A stretch of DNA of 54,525 nucleotides from Deltaproteobacteria bacterium (GCA_038041305.1 JBBTGV010000033.1:1-54525); one strand, 5' to 3'. Positions 33,938 through 44,055 are shown, numbered from the stretch's first letter. Numbers and translations: made by a program. Notes: generated by a model from the sequence alone, not told the origin.

Positions 33938-34789
33938 ATGAACCCAGTCGCGTTCAGGGCAACCCTTATAAACATACTGGGCAATGTCTGCCTTTTTGCG
34001 ATCAAGCTCGTCGCGGGCATCGCCTCAGGCTCAATCGCGCTCATATCCGAGGCCATTAATTCATTCAACGACATCGCGGCGTCCATCGCGACATTCATCT
34101 GCGTGAAGATATCCGACAAGGAGGCCGACGAGGGGCATCCCTTCGGACACGGCAGGGCAGAGCCCATCGCAGGCCTCATAATAGCGATCCTTGCCGGCAT
34201 ATTGGGCTTTGAGGTCATAAGGGCCTCCGTTGAAAGGCTCCTTGAGAGGAGCACACCGGAGATAACGTATCTGTCGCTCCTTGTCCCTGTCGTAACCATG
34301 GTTGCGAAGGCCTTTATGTCATGGCACTTTAAGGCGGTCGGCAGGCGTTTCAACAGCCCCGCGCTTATCGCGACGGCCATTGATTCGCTCATGGATGTCT
34401 TTGTGGCGATTGCGGCGCTCATAGGACTCCTCGGCGCATACTTCGGGCACTGGTATCTTGACCCGATTGCCGGGTTTGCGATAAGCATCTGGATAATCTA
34501 CGCGGGATACAGGATAGGCATGGAAAACATCGCGTACCTGATGGGCGAGGCCCCCCCTCCCGAACTCATGCGCGAGATAAAGGAAAAGGCGCTTAACATA
34601 GCAGGGGTAAAGGCGGTTAATTCCGCAAGGGCGCACTATGTGGGAAACTTCATACATGTTGAGTTGCGGATAGCGGTGGATAAGCACCTCCCGACGATTG
34701 ATTCGCATGCAATCGGCGAGGCGGTTGCCGTGGCCGTGGAATCAATCAGGTCAATTGAAAAATCCTTCGTGCACATAGACCCTTTTTAG
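33938..34789 (+). CDS. cation diffusion facilitator (CDF) family metal efflux transporter
   Basis: Six TM helices with SEAINSFNDIAASI and DSLMDVFVAI metal-site motifs. C-terminal cytoplasmic domain (AHYVGNFIHVELRIAVD). Confidence 0.85.
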   Translation: MNPVAFRATLINILGNVCLFAIKLVAGIASGSIALISEAINSFNDIAASIATFICVKISDKEADEGHPFGHGRAEPIAGLIIAILAGILGFEVIRASVERLLERSTPEITYLSLLVPVVTMVAKAFMSWHFKAVGRRFNSPALIATAIDSLMDVFVAIAALIGLLGAYFGHWYLDPIAGFAISIWIIYAGYRIGMENIAYLMGEAPPPELMREIKEKALNIAGVKAVNSARAHYVGNFIHVELRIAVDKHLPTIDSHAIGEAVAVAVESIRSIEKSFVHIDPF

Positions 34790-34825
34790 CGTAACCCAGG
34801 CCAGAGGCTCGGTTTAAGGGCAAAA

Positions 34826-36466
34826 GTGATTTCCGATCCGCTAAAAAAAATTGATGAACCCCAGTTTCTGGCCTCCACAACCGGTGCGCGGCGCGTGCTT
34901 GTGGTCGCGGGCCCCGGAAGCGGCAAGACAAGGGTGCTTGCCTCAAGGTTCGCATTTCTTGTTAGGTCCGGCGTCCTGCCCGAAAAGATCCTCGCGATAA
35001 CCTTTACGGCACGGGCCGCCCTTGAGATGGCAAAAAGGGTCGCTCAACTTACGGGCCTGAGTCCCTCTTTGCTTAACATCGGCACATTCCACGGCTTTTG
35101 CCTTAGATACCTGAAACTCAGGCTCCCCGGGTTTGCGCTTTATGCGAGGCAGGATTCCTTGAGGGTCCTTAAGGGGCTTGGGGCAAAGGACCCTGAGGCA
35201 GAGGCAAATAGAATCAGCGCGCATAAGAATCTTATAGAAGACCGCGCGCCGGATTTCTATCCGGCTTATAAAGAGCGGCTTAAGGAGGAAAACGCCCTTG
35301 ACCTTGACGACCTTATTATAGAGGCATTAAGGGTTTTGAAGGAAAACCCCGGCGATAGAAGTCCGTTTGACCACATAATGGTTGACGAGTATCAGGATAT
35401 AAACAGCGTTCAGGAGGCCCTTGTGAGGGGGCTTGCGGAGGCCGGGGGCGCGCTTTTCGCGATAGGGGACCCCGACCAGTCAATATACTCCTTCAGGGGC
35501 GCGTCAATTGGGTGTTTTTCAGGGTTTGAAAAGGCATACCCCGATTGCAGCATCATAAGGCTTTCAAAAAACTACCGCTCAACAAAGGCCGTTGTTGAGG
35601 CCTCCCATGCGCTTATAAGCAGGGCGTCAAAAAGGCACGCAGAGGACGCGGCCGCTTCCATGGAAGGCGGAGGCGTTCAAATCATTGAGTGCCATGATGA
35701 AAAGGCGGAGGCGGAGTTTATCGCAAAAGAGATTGAGAAAAAAATGGGCGGGCTAAGGAGCCTGAGCGCGGCGCCATCCGACGGGACGGAAGGTTTCTCT
35801 GATTTTGCGGTCTTTTTCAGGACAAGGAAACAGGCGGACGCGATAGTTGAGGCCTTAAGGCGCGCATCCATACCGTATAATGTCGCGGCATCGGAAGGCG
35901 CTGGGCTTAAGCGTTTCATTGACGGGCTTAACGCGGGAGAAGTCAGGCGGGGCGAGGGCGTGTTGCAATTCATCAAGAGAAAAGGCATGGAATCAGGCGT
36001 TGACGCGGATATGACCCAAACCCTTGTTTCACTCGCGGAGGCATACGAAGAAACGGACGGGCCTGAAGCCCTTTCAATGCTCATTGAGCACGTGCGCCTT
36101 ATTGATGAGTATGATTCAATTGCCATAAAGGCGGACAAGGTTAATCTGATGACACTGCATGCGTCAAAGGGCCTTGAGTTCCCGGTGGTCTTTATTGCGG
36201 GGGTTGAGGACGGCCTTGTCCCCTTGAGGCTCAAAGGCAGGCAAACGGATGTTGAGGAGGAGAGAAGGCTCTTTTATGTGGGCATCACAAGGGCGGCACG
36301 CTCTGTCTACATCCTAAGCGCCCGCAAAAGAAGGCTGTGGGGGGATTTTCGGGAGCAGGCAATATCCCCGTTTCTTCAGGATATCCCGGCGCGCCTTGCA
36401 AAGAGAATGGTTGTTGAAAAAAAGGCTTTCAAAACAAGGCCCTCGCAGGAGGGGCTTTTTGAGTGA
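34826..36466 (+). CDS. UvrD/Rep/PcrA-family ATP-dependent DNA helicase (short form, 546 aa)
   Basis: Walker A VVAGPGSGKT, motif II MVDEYQDIN, GDPDQSIYSFRGA, NYRS, LMTLHASKGLEFPVVF, YVGITRA. Confidence 0.85.
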   Translation: MISDPLKKIDEPQFLASTTGARRVLVVAGPGSGKTRVLASRFAFLVRSGVLPEKILAITFTARAALEMAKRVAQLTGLSPSLLNIGTFHGFCLRYLKLRLPGFALYARQDSLRVLKGLGAKDPEAEANRISAHKNLIEDRAPDFYPAYKERLKEENALDLDDLIIEALRVLKENPGDRSPFDHIMVDEYQDINSVQEALVRGLAEAGGALFAIGDPDQSIYSFRGASIGCFSGFEKAYPDCSIIRLSKNYRSTKAVVEASHALISRASKRHAEDAAASMEGGGVQIIECHDEKAEAEFIAKEIEKKMGGLRSLSAAPSDGTEGFSDFAVFFRTRKQADAIVEALRRASIPYNVAASEGAGLKRFIDGLNAGEVRRGEGVLQFIKRKGMESGVDADMTQTLVSLAEAYEETDGPEALSMLIEHVRLIDEYDSIAIKADKVNLMTLHASKGLEFPVVFIAGVEDGLVPLRLKGRQTDVEEERRLFYVGITRAARSVYILSARKRRLWGDFREQAISPFLQDIPARLAKRMVVEKKAFKTRPSQEGLFE

Positions 36467-36545
36467 TATATTTTTATGTTGGAAAAATAAACGGATGAGG
36501 GCAGACCTGACAGGTCGCGGAAAAACTCAACATCCGTTCAGGCCG

Positions 36546-37103
36546 CTAAATCCGCGCAAGCACGCTTTTGTTTATCTCTTTGACCTTTTCCTTTCCGTAT
36601 AAAATCTCAACAAGGGCAAAGGCAAACTCCATCGCGGTGCCGGGCGACTGGCTTGTGATGATGCTGCCGTCCACAACAACCCGGTCATGCGATATTATCT
36701 CGTCTCTCAACTCATGCCTTACGCCGGGGTATGACGCGACCTTCCTTCCCCTTGTGACGCCAGCGGCGGAAAGCACGGTCGGGGCCGCGCATATGGCGGC
36801 AATGAGCCTGTTGTCGCCGTGGAATTTTTTTATGATGTCAATCACCCTTTTGTCTTTTTTGAGGTTCTCAGTCCCCTTCGCGCCTCCGGGAAGCACAAGC
36901 ATGTGAAACGCCTCTTCCGTTATATCGTCAAGGTCCGCGTCGGGAAGGACCCTGATCCCGTTCCTGCCCTCTATCGGCCCAGCGGCAAGGCCGGCGGTCA
37001 CAACAAGCGCGCCTGCGCGCCTTAAGATGTCAACAACGGTCAATGCCTCTATCTCCTCAAAGCCCGGTGCAAGGGGGATCAGTATGTTTTTTGCGTCATT
37101 CAT
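36546..37103 (-). CDS. DJ-1/PfpI/YajL family protein
   Basis: LVLPGG...G and AAICAAP, the nucleophile-elbow Cys motif. Length 185 aa. Confidence 0.85.
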   Translation of the reverse strand: MNDAKNILIPLAPGFEEIEALTVVDILRRAGALVVTAGLAAGPIEGRNGIRVLPDADLDDITEEAFHMLVLPGGAKGTENLKKDKRVIDIIKKFHGDNRLIAAICAAPTVLSAAGVTRGRKVASYPGVRHELRDEIISHDRVVVDGSIITSQSPGTAMEFAFALVEILYGKEKVKEINKSVLARI

Positions 37104-37215
37104 GGGCGCCTCATGGGCCCGCTGTTGACAACGGGCATGTTAAAAATATTGCACGGCGAAGGTAAAGTGTCAAGGGGTGTTGACATGGGTTCTTTCTCAA
37201 TCTAAAATAGGCGTA

Positions 37216-38031
37216 ATGAAGGGGATAGCGATACATGCGGCGTACGCCATTGTCTTTATCTTGTTGACCGCTGGCATTGGGCACGGCTATGTCTCCGAGC
37301 CTGAAGGCCCGTGCTCTCCGTTAAATCTCATCGTCCTCGACCCGGGACACGGAGGAGAGGATTCCGGGGCAATAGGGCCTGAGGGTGTCAAAGAAAAGGA
37401 TGTCGTGCTGAGCGTTGCGCTTAAGCTAAAGCGTCTCCTCGTTGAGCAGTACGGGTGCAATGTTGAGATGACGCGGAAAGACGATGTGTTCATTCCCCTT
37501 AAGCAGAGGCCGGCCTTTGCCAACAGGGCCATGGCGGATGTGTTCATAAGCATACACGCGAACGCCTCCCCCAAGAGGGATTCAAGCGGGATTGAGACTT
37601 TTTTCCTGAGCATTGACGCGACGGATGAGGAGGCAAGGCGCGTCGCGGCGTTTGAAAACAGCTTCGCGGACCCCGCCCTTGCGGGGCCTTCAGCGGCGGG
37701 CGACGACATAAAGGACATACTCTGGGACATGACTAACACCGAGTCCCACCACGAAAGCCAGATACTCGCCGAATCAATGCACCTTAATCTCATTGAGGGC
37801 GCCGAGAGGCTGAACAGGGGCATCCGGCAGGCGCCTTTCGCGGTGCTCTTCGGCTCTGCCATGCCTGCCGTGCTTGTTGAGATAGGCTTTATATCAAACC
37901 ATGCCGAAGAGAAGTGGCTTGAAACGCCCGATGCGCAGGCGATTATCGCCGGGGCCCTTGCAAAGGGCATCCTCGGGTTTAAGGATATCATGCAGAAGGC
38001 CTCGCCGCCGGCAACCGCCGGGGCGTATTAG
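37216..38031 (+). CDS. N-acetylmuramoyl-L-alanine amidase (Amidase_3, AmiC-like)
   Basis: LDPGHGGEDSGAIG, SIHANA, ETFFLS, VLVEIGFISN. Signal/anchor at the N-terminus. Start ATG 37216 is preferred to the non-ATG 37177. Confidence 0.85.
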   Translation: MKGIAIHAAYAIVFILLTAGIGHGYVSEPEGPCSPLNLIVLDPGHGGEDSGAIGPEGVKEKDVVLSVALKLKRLLVEQYGCNVEMTRKDDVFIPLKQRPAFANRAMADVFISIHANASPKRDSSGIETFFLSIDATDEEARRVAAFENSFADPALAGPSAAGDDIKDILWDMTNTESHHESQILAESMHLNLIEGAERLNRGIRQAPFAVLFGSAMPAVLVEIGFISNHAEEKWLETPDAQAIIAGALAKGILGFKDIMQKASPPATAGAY

Positions 38032-38032
38032 A

Positions 38033-38626
38033 TTGAAGAGGCTTCTCATCGCAACCGCCAATAAGGCCAAGGCGGGAGAACTCGTTGACATGATCGGGAT
38101 GCCGGGCATGGAGATAAAGACCCTTACCGACTTCCCTTCCGTTGGAATGCCCCCTGAGACAGGCGAGACCTTTACAGAGAACGCATTGATTAAGGCGCGG
38201 CACGCGGCAGCAAAGACCGGTATGCCCTCAATCGCGGACGACTCCGGGCTTGAGGTTGCGGCCCTTTCAGGAATGCCGGGGGTCTTCTCGGCAAGGTATG
38301 CCGGGGTCAATGCGACTGACGAGGAGAATTTTCTTAAACTCCTTGAGGCGCTTAAAGGCGTGCCGATGGATAAGAGGCAGGCAAGGTTCGTATGCGTAAT
38401 CGCGTTTTGCGCCCCGGCGGGCCCGAAGGCGGTGTTCGAGGGGGAGCTTAAAGGCATGATAGCCTTTGGGCCGAAAGGGAAAAACGGGTTCGGCTATGAC
38501 CCTGTTTTTTTCCTGCCCGGGCAGGGCAAGACCGTTGCGGAGCTTAAGCCCGAGGAGAAGAACCTGATAAGCCACAGGCGCATGGCGATTGAGAAAATGA
38601 GGCGGTGGTTTGCCGGACATAATTAA
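38033..38626 (+). CDS. rdgB: RdgB/HAM1 non-canonical purine NTP pyrophosphatase
   Basis: LLIATANKAKAGE, ETGETFTENALIKA, IADDSGLEV, PGVFSARY, FGYDPVF, SHR. The in-frame TTG at 38033 gives the canonical length of about 197 aa and lies 1 nt after the amidase stop. The ORF-track extension to 37901 overlaps the amidase. Confidence 0.85.
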   Translation: MKRLLIATANKAKAGELVDMIGMPGMEIKTLTDFPSVGMPPETGETFTENALIKARHAAAKTGMPSIADDSGLEVAALSGMPGVFSARYAGVNATDEENFLKLLEALKGVPMDKRQARFVCVIAFCAPAGPKAVFEGELKGMIAFGPKGKNGFGYDPVFFLPGQGKTVAELKPEEKNLISHRRMAIEKMRRWFAGHN

Positions 38627-38640
38627 GAAAATTAAAAAAC

Positions 38641-38669
38641 TTGACATATCCCGCCGTATATACTAAAAT
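38641..38669 (+). promoter_or_regulatory. near-consensus sigma-70 promoter of the cold-shock gene
   Basis: TTGACA (38641-38646), 17 nt, TAAAAT (38664-38669). Predicts a 5-prime UTR of about 95 nt, as is typical for cspA-type genes. Confidence 0.65.
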
Positions 38670-38769
38670 CGCATGAAGTGAGTTTGTAGCCGGGTTGTAC
38701 GAGAGGGCATTAAAGCCGTAGAAGCACAACCCCCTATGACTTATAATTTTGAAGAAAGGAGATTGTGCG

Positions 38770-38970
38770 ATGCCTTCAGGAAAAGTGAAGTGGTTTAATG
38801 AGTCAAAAGGTTTTGGATTCATTGAGCAGGATTCAGGCGAGGATGTATTTGTTCATTATACATCCATTCAGGGTAATGGTTTTAAGACCCTGAAAGAAGG
38901 CCAGAGGGTTGAGTTTGAGGTAGCGAAGGGCCCGAAGGGCCTCAAGGCCGAAAATGTAATGCCCGGCTAA
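38770..38970 (+). CDS. cspA: cold-shock protein (CspA family)
   Basis: [18 protein letters not shown] (RNP1) and DVFVHYTSI (RNP2). 66 aa. SD AAAGGAGA lies upstream. Confidence 0.95.
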   Translation: MPSGKVKWFNESKGFGFIEQDSGEDVFVHYTSIQGNGFKTLKEGQRVEFEVAKGPKGLKAENVMPG

Positions 38971-38992
38971 GCTTAGCAGATATGCGGCTTGC

Positions 38993-39033
38993 AGGCCCTT
39001 GTCCTTAACTTTCAGGATAAGGGCCTTTTTTTT
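38993..39033 (+). terminator. rho-independent terminator
   Basis: AGGCCCTTGTC (38993-39003) / GATAAGGGCCT (39016-39026), followed by a T-run to 39033. Confidence 0.75.
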
Positions 39034-39066
39034 ACATTATTTTTATAAACAGACAAGGGGAGGCAT

Positions 39067-40218
39067 ATGGAGGAAAGGGCTCTTAGGGAGGTGGTGCCCG
39101 GGCTTGAGGGCATACCGGCAGCAGAGTCTGCGATAAGCTTTATAGACGGTGAAAAGGGCATGCTTGAATACAGGGGCATCCCGATAGACGTCCTTGCTGA
39201 AAGAGCCACATTCCTTGAGACCGCGTATCTGCTCATGTTCGGCGACCTGCCGACAAGGGCGGAGTACGAAAGATTCTCGTCCGACATAACATACCATACA
39301 AGGCTTAAGCTTAAGATCCTGAGGATGATGGAGTATCTGCCCGAAAACGGGCATCCGATGCATTATCTGCAGGCGGTAACCTCCGCAATGGGCATGTACT
39401 ATCCGGCCAGGGATACGCTGAACCAAGAGGCCCGGTACGGGAGCGCGATAAGGCTTATCGCGAAGATGCCGACGATCGTCGCGCATTGCTACAGGCTAAA
39501 GCACGGGGACGCGCCAATACTGCCGCGCAATGACCTGAGCTTTTCCGCGAACTTCTATTACATGCTATTTGAAAAGGAGCCGAGCCCGCTTGTTGAAAAG
39601 GTCATTGACGCGGTTCTTATACTGCACGCGGACCACACCATGAACGCCTCAACATTCTCGGCAAGGGTGGTCGGGTCAACACTTGCCGACCCGTATACGA
39701 TCGTATCGTCGGCAATAGGCACGCTTTCAGGCCCGCTTCACGGCGGGGCCAACGAAGAGGTCGTCTACATGCTTGAGGAGATCGGCTCAAGGCAGAAGGC
39801 GCGGCAGTTTATTGAAAAGAAGATTGAACAAAAAGAAAAGATTATGGGCATCGGCCACAGGGAATACAAGGCAATGGACCCGCGCGGGAAGGTCTTAAAG
39901 GGCCTTATAAAGCTCCTCGTTCAGAACAAATGCATTGATGAGAATATCGTGGAGATATCGGAGGAGGTTGAAAAGGTGGTGCACGAAAGGCTTTCCCACA
40001 AGAGGCTCTACCCGAATGTGGATTTCTATTCAGGCATTGTGTTCAAAGGCCTCGGCATCCCCACGGAGCTTTTTACGCCCATATTCGCGATGGGAAGGGT
40101 GGCGGGCTGGCTCGCCCACTGGATGGAGCAGCTTAAGACTAATAGGATCTACAGGCCGACGCAGAAATACACGGGAAGGCGCGGCCAGCAATACGTGCCC
40201 ATAGACGAGAGGGGGTAG
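39067..40218 (+). CDS. gltA: citrate synthase (small, about 380-aa type)
   Basis: LILHADHTMNASTF, GPLHGGANE, MGIGHREYKAMDPR, NVDFYSG, GRVAGW. Confidence 0.9.
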   Translation: MEERALREVVPGLEGIPAAESAISFIDGEKGMLEYRGIPIDVLAERATFLETAYLLMFGDLPTRAEYERFSSDITYHTRLKLKILRMMEYLPENGHPMHYLQAVTSAMGMYYPARDTLNQEARYGSAIRLIAKMPTIVAHCYRLKHGDAPILPRNDLSFSANFYYMLFEKEPSPLVEKVIDAVLILHADHTMNASTFSARVVGSTLADPYTIVSSAIGTLSGPLHGGANEEVVYMLEEIGSRQKARQFIEKKIEQKEKIMGIGHREYKAMDPRGKVLKGLIKLLVQNKCIDENIVEISEEVEKVVHERLSHKRLYPNVDFYSGIVFKGLGIPTELFTPIFAMGRVAGWLAHWMEQLKTNRIYRPTQKYTGRRGQQYVPIDERG

Positions 40219-40345
40219 GCGGCGCCGGAAAGACCCCTTGGCCATTAAACGGCGCGTGACTAAAATCCTTGACTCAAAAACCATATTCTAATATTATTGG
40301 CTCAGACACCCCCGGAAATTAAAACTGAAAAAAGGAGCGCGCCTA

Positions 40346-41692
40346 TTGACGTTAAGAGAAGACATGCATGCCAAGAACGGCGGTAAGCATTACATAAGGC
40401 CTGCCTTTATAGCCCTGCTCGTCGGCACAGCCCTCTTTTTATCAGCGTTTTTCCTTTTAAGCCCGGATGCGTCCTCAGAGAGGCTTTTACAGGGGGTTAG
40501 CCCGTCCAATGGTGTTTTTTCCGGCAACGGAGCTTCCAAGAACGAGGCAATTGATCCAGGGGAAAAAGCCCTCACAAGATACGACTTCAGGCTCACCGCA
40601 ACAGACACTTTTTTCAGCGTAATGTCCGTGTTTAACCTGACCGGCATAGAGATAAACGAGATTGCAGGCCATGCCAAAGGCGTATACGACCTGAGCAGGA
40701 TCAAGGAAGACGCCGTCTTGCGGGTCTTTTCCGGCAAGGACAAGTGGCAGAGGATTGAGTACGACTTAAGCGCATACGAAACGCTCGTCGTTGAGAATAC
40801 GGCTCAAGGAATAATCGCCGGGAAAAAGGAACTTCCCCACGAGACAAGGGTTACGGCCGTCGCGGGCACGATAGAGAGCTCTTTGTATGAGGCGGGGCTT
40901 GGCGCGGGGGCGGACCCTGAGCTTGTAATGAACCTCTCCGACATATTCGCATGGGAGATAGACTTCGCATCCGACATACAGAAGGGCGATACGTTCAACA
41001 TACTCTACGAGGCGACGTTCGTTGAGGGAAAGCCGGTAGCCTCAGGCAAGGTCCTTGCGGCGGAGATGATTAACAACGGCAAGACTTATGCGGCCGTGTA
41101 TTTTGAGGAAAACGGGCAAAAAGGCGGTTACTATGACGCGGACGGCAGGTCTTTAAGAAGGGCGCTTTTAAAGTCCCCCTTGAGGTTCAGGCGCATATCG
41201 AGCTATTTTACCAAAAAGAGGTTTCATCCGATACTTAAGCGCTATAGACCCCACCACGGCATTGATTATGCCGCCCCCATGGGCACGCCCCTTGAATCCG
41301 CAGGCTCAGGCAAGGTCAGGTTCGCGGGCTGGAGGAACGGATACGGCAATACGATAGAGATAAGGCACAACAACAATTATGCAACCGTCTACGCGCACCT
41401 TTCAAGGATTGCCAAGGGTGTCCGCACCGGCGCGTCGGTTGAGCAGGGAGAGGTTATTGGCTATGTCGGGTCAACCGGGATATCAACAGGCCCGCACCTC
41501 CACTATGAGGTAAGGGTCGCTGGCAGGCTCGTAAACCCTTTAAGCATCAGGTCAATGCCGACAAAGGCAATCGCAAAATCAGAGATGGCGAGATTTAATT
41601 CAGCCAAACAGGGCCTTATGGCGAGGCTTGCCGATTCAAGGATAGTGGTGGCGTCAAACCCGAGGCAGGCCGCGTCAGGCAGGAGCAACTAA
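40346..41692 (+). CDS. M23 family metallopeptidase (LytM-type) with N-terminal anchor
   Basis: HHGIDYAAPMGTPLESAGSGKV and GSTGISTGPHLHYEV zinc-ligand motifs. N-terminal TM. Start is TTG 40346 or ATG 40361. Confidence 0.85.
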   Translation: MTLREDMHAKNGGKHYIRPAFIALLVGTALFLSAFFLLSPDASSERLLQGVSPSNGVFSGNGASKNEAIDPGEKALTRYDFRLTATDTFFSVMSVFNLTGIEINEIAGHAKGVYDLSRIKEDAVLRVFSGKDKWQRIEYDLSAYETLVVENTAQGIIAGKKELPHETRVTAVAGTIESSLYEAGLGAGADPELVMNLSDIFAWEIDFASDIQKGDTFNILYEATFVEGKPVASGKVLAAEMINNGKTYAAVYFEENGQKGGYYDADGRSLRRALLKSPLRFRRISSYFTKKRFHPILKRYRPHHGIDYAAPMGTPLESAGSGKVRFAGWRNGYGNTIEIRHNNNYATVYAHLSRIAKGVRTGASVEQGEVIGYVGSTGISTGPHLHYEVRVAGRLVNPLSIRSMPTKAIAKSEMARFNSAKQGLMARLADSRIVVASNPRQAASGRSN

Positions 41693-41720
41693 ATTGCCCC
41701 GCCATTTCTGGCGGGGCAAT
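41693..41720. terminator. stem-loop between convergent genes (possible terminator)
   Basis: Perfect 11-bp stem ATTGCCCCGCC (41693-41703) / GGCGGGGCAAT (41710-41720). No clean T-run on either strand. Confidence 0.4.
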
Positions 41721-41743
41721 CGGCAAGGTTTTTCCAGAAAAAC

Positions 41744-42190
41744 CTACCTTCCCCTTTCAAGCGGCCCGTCCCAGCCCCGTATGCCTCTCTTGAGATTATA
41801 CACATGCTTGTAGTGGTTTTTTACGAGGAATTCTCCGAGCTCGTCGCCCATGTCCCCGCCGTGGCACACGAACACGATATGCTCTTTCGGGTCAAGCTCC
41901 TTCAAAAGCCTCTTTCTTGCGCCCTCGTACGGGATGTTTATTGACCCCGGCACGCGCCCCTTTAAAAAAAGCTCCGGCTCCCTGACATCCACGATAACAG
42001 GCCTTGGCCCGTGCTTCATCATTTTCTGAAGCTCTTCGCCTGATATGACATCGTATCTTGCCGGCTCAATTAGCGGTATTGGCGGCAGCGCCTTTTTAAG
42101 CGGAGGCGCCGCGTTCGCCAGACTGCCGAGGCATGAGAACGATAAGATTGAGGCTGCAAGGATTCCGGGCATTATTAAGGATTTTTTCAT
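41744..42190 (-). CDS. secreted rhodanese-domain protein
   Basis: Signal peptide. VIVDVREPELFLKGRVPGSINIP and active-site loop FVCHGGDMG. Confidence 0.8.
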   Translation of the reverse strand: MKKSLIMPGILAASILSFSCLGSLANAAPPLKKALPPIPLIEPARYDVISGEELQKMMKHGPRPVIVDVREPELFLKGRVPGSINIPYEGARKRLLKELDPKEHIVFVCHGGDMGDELGEFLVKNHYKHVYNLKRGIRGWDGPLERGR

Positions 42191-42283
42191 GGCATTTGCC
42201 TCCGTTTTTTTTTAACATAGCAGAAACTCCCGCATATGTCAAAGCCCCGTGCGTTAGAATTTTTGATTGACAAGGATCACGGC

Positions 42284-42778
42284 ATGGAAAAGATCATTTA
42301 CGCGCAATACGGCTCGGAGATCGGAAGCATCTTCATTGCCTCAAAAAAAGGGCGCATTATAAGGCTTAAGATTGGCGGCAAAGGCGAGGAGTTTTTAGCG
42401 TCTGTCAGGCAGGGTTTAGGCGCAATGCCTTCTATGGACAAAAACGCCTTTCATGGGGTTTTTAAGGAGCTTGACCGGTATTTTAAGGGCAGGCCCGTTG
42501 AATTCAGCGCGCCCGTAAGCCTTGAGGGTTCTGCCTTTCAATTAAAGGCATGGGGGCGGATAAAAAAAATACCGTGGGGCCGCACCATGGCCTACAACGC
42601 CGTTGCGGATGCCGCGGGTTCGCCCAATGCCGCAAGGGCCGCCGGGGCCGCGTGCGGGGCAAACCCAGTGCCCATAATCATACCGTGCCACAGGGTTATA
42701 AGGTCTGACGGTACTATCGGCGGGTATACTGGCGGCATTTGGATTAAACAGGCGTTGCTGAGGATAGAAGGTCTTTAG
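42284..42778 (+). CDS. ogt: methylated-DNA--protein-cysteine methyltransferase
   Basis: IPCHRVI active site, GAACGANPVPIIIPCHRV, GGYTGG. ATG 42284 has AAGGA upstream, whereas 42236 has none. Confidence 0.85.
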   Translation: MEKIIYAQYGSEIGSIFIASKKGRIIRLKIGGKGEEFLASVRQGLGAMPSMDKNAFHGVFKELDRYFKGRPVEFSAPVSLEGSAFQLKAWGRIKKIPWGRTMAYNAVADAAGSPNAARAAGAACGANPVPIIIPCHRVIRSDGTIGGYTGGIWIKQALLRIEGL

Positions 42779-42852
42779 CAGGGTGTTAAAAAACATCCCG
42801 CCCTGCGGCTGTGCGCCCGGGGAATACATGGACTGACATTTCCAACATCCTG

Positions 42853-43338
42853 TTAGAACGAAGGCGCGCCGTGCGCCGCTATCGCGCCCGCCGCCGCGGC
42901 AACAAGGGATATGACGACCATAAACCAGTGCATCCTGTTGAGCCTTATGAATATCGCGTCAATGTCCATCTTGTCCCCTTCCTTTGCCATTCTGGAAAGC
43001 ATTTTTTTTATGACAATAGGCTCAAGGCCCCAGAGCATCACGAACCAGAAAACCCATATCATCGTCATTACGGTCAGCGCAATCCCGGCCCTGGTGAAAA
43101 GGAGCCTGTGCCATCCCATCATGAAAAGCATCGCAAAACCGGATGCGCCGGTAATTACATTGTAAATCCTCGCAAGACCCGCGAACCTGTGTTCCACCCT
43201 TTGAAACATCAAGACCTTTTGGAGCGCATCCGGGGTCTTTATAGCCATTGGCAGCACTATTATCGTTACAAAGGCAAGCCCGCCTATCCACAGTATGACT
43301 GTCAGGACATGTATAATATGAAGAAGCGAAAAAACCAT
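42853..43338 (-). CDS. four-TM membrane protein (CopD/DUF4149/HemJ-like N-terminal motif)
   Basis: LLHIIHVLTVILWIGGLAF resembles the first helix of the CopD/HemJ-type families. The assignment is tentative. Confidence 0.45.
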   Translation of the reverse strand: MVFSLLHIIHVLTVILWIGGLAFVTIIVLPMAIKTPDALQKVLMFQRVEHRFAGLARIYNVITGASGFAMLFMMGWHRLLFTRAGIALTVMTMIWVFWFVMLWGLEPIVIKKMLSRMAKEGDKMDIDAIFIRLNRMHWFMVVISLVAAAAGAIAAHGAPSF

Positions 43339-43410
43339 TTTTAAAAACCCTCCTTTTACGTATGGAATTTCAATTGATGGCTATCACATGTTTTTATTTA
43401 GGATATAATA

Positions 43411-43441
43411 GATATTATATATTATCTATGATAATTATCAT
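43411..43441. promoter_or_regulatory. two adjacent Fur-family-type palindromes
   Basis: GATATTATATATTATC (43411-43426, half-sites match 7 of 8) and the perfect 14-nt palindrome ATGATAATTATCAT (43428-43441). Both lie in the very AT-rich divergent region upstream of the Fur-family gene. Confidence 0.5.
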
Positions 43442-43544
43442 CTGACTTTTTTATAAATTTAATAAAGGCAAAAGCATTGCCTGGTTTAAAATATATTTGA
43501 AAATCAAATACTTGTAAGGATAAAAAAATTTTTGTAAAAATAGC

Positions 43545-43572
43545 TTGACATATTTGTAATATATATTATAAT
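43545..43572 (+). promoter_or_regulatory. consensus sigma-70 promoter of the perR-like operon
   Basis: TTGACA (43545-43550), 16 nt, TATAAT (43567-43572). The AT-rich inverted repeat TTATAATAGAATTATTA overlaps the -10 element. Confidence 0.6.
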
Positions 43573-43605
43573 AGAATTATTATTAGATAGGAAATAATAA
43601 AACTA

Positions 43606-44031
43606 ATGAAAAACATAATCAAAAAATTCAGGGAAAAGGGTTTTAAGCTTACCCCGCAGAGGCTTGCCATTCTAAAGTATCTTGACGGCAACACAGCGCA
43701 CCCGAGCGCAGAGGACGTGTTCATTGGGATTAAAAAAGAGTATCCAACGGTTTCCTTTGCAACTGTTTATAATACGCTTGAGGCATTGCTGAACCTCGGG
43801 GAGATAGTGGAGGTTACGATAGACCCTGAGAGGAAGCACTTTGACCCGAACCCGGCCCCGCATCACCATGTCGTCTGCACCGTATGCGGCAGGATAGGGG
43901 ACGTGTTCGCTGATTACAGCAAAGAGCTTAAATTGCCGGAAGAGACGCTTGATGAATTCAACGTGTCCGGCAATCACGTGAACTTCTACGGCGTTTGCAG
44001 GGAATGCAGGACCAAGGAATTCAAACAATAA
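43606..44031 (+). CDS. Fur-family transcriptional regulator, PerR-like
   Basis: LTPQRLAILKYL, HPSAEDVF, SFATVYNTLEAL, HHHVVCTVCG and GVCRECR (structural Zn CxxC pairs). Located immediately upstream of a peroxiredoxin gene. Confidence 0.85.
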   Translation: MKNIIKKFREKGFKLTPQRLAILKYLDGNTAHPSAEDVFIGIKKEYPTVSFATVYNTLEALLNLGEIVEVTIDPERKHFDPNPAPHHHVVCTVCGRIGDVFADYSKELKLPEETLDEFNVSGNHVNFYGVCRECRTKEFKQ

Positions 44032-44055
44032 TTTTTCAAAAAAAGGAGGCAGTAT

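Noticed and set aside
34826-36466. Short UvrD-like helicase as part of a defence system (for example Gabija GajB-like)
   Set aside because: No partner nuclease or ATPase gene is adjacent, and the flanking genes are housekeeping (CDF transporter, DJ-1). It is most simply a stand-alone repair helicase.
37901-38032. Upstream 44-codon extension of the rdgB ORF
   Set aside because: It overlaps the amidase 3-prime end in another frame and encodes Arg/Pro-rich junk. The canonical RdgB N-terminus (LLIATANKAK) begins at TTG 38033.
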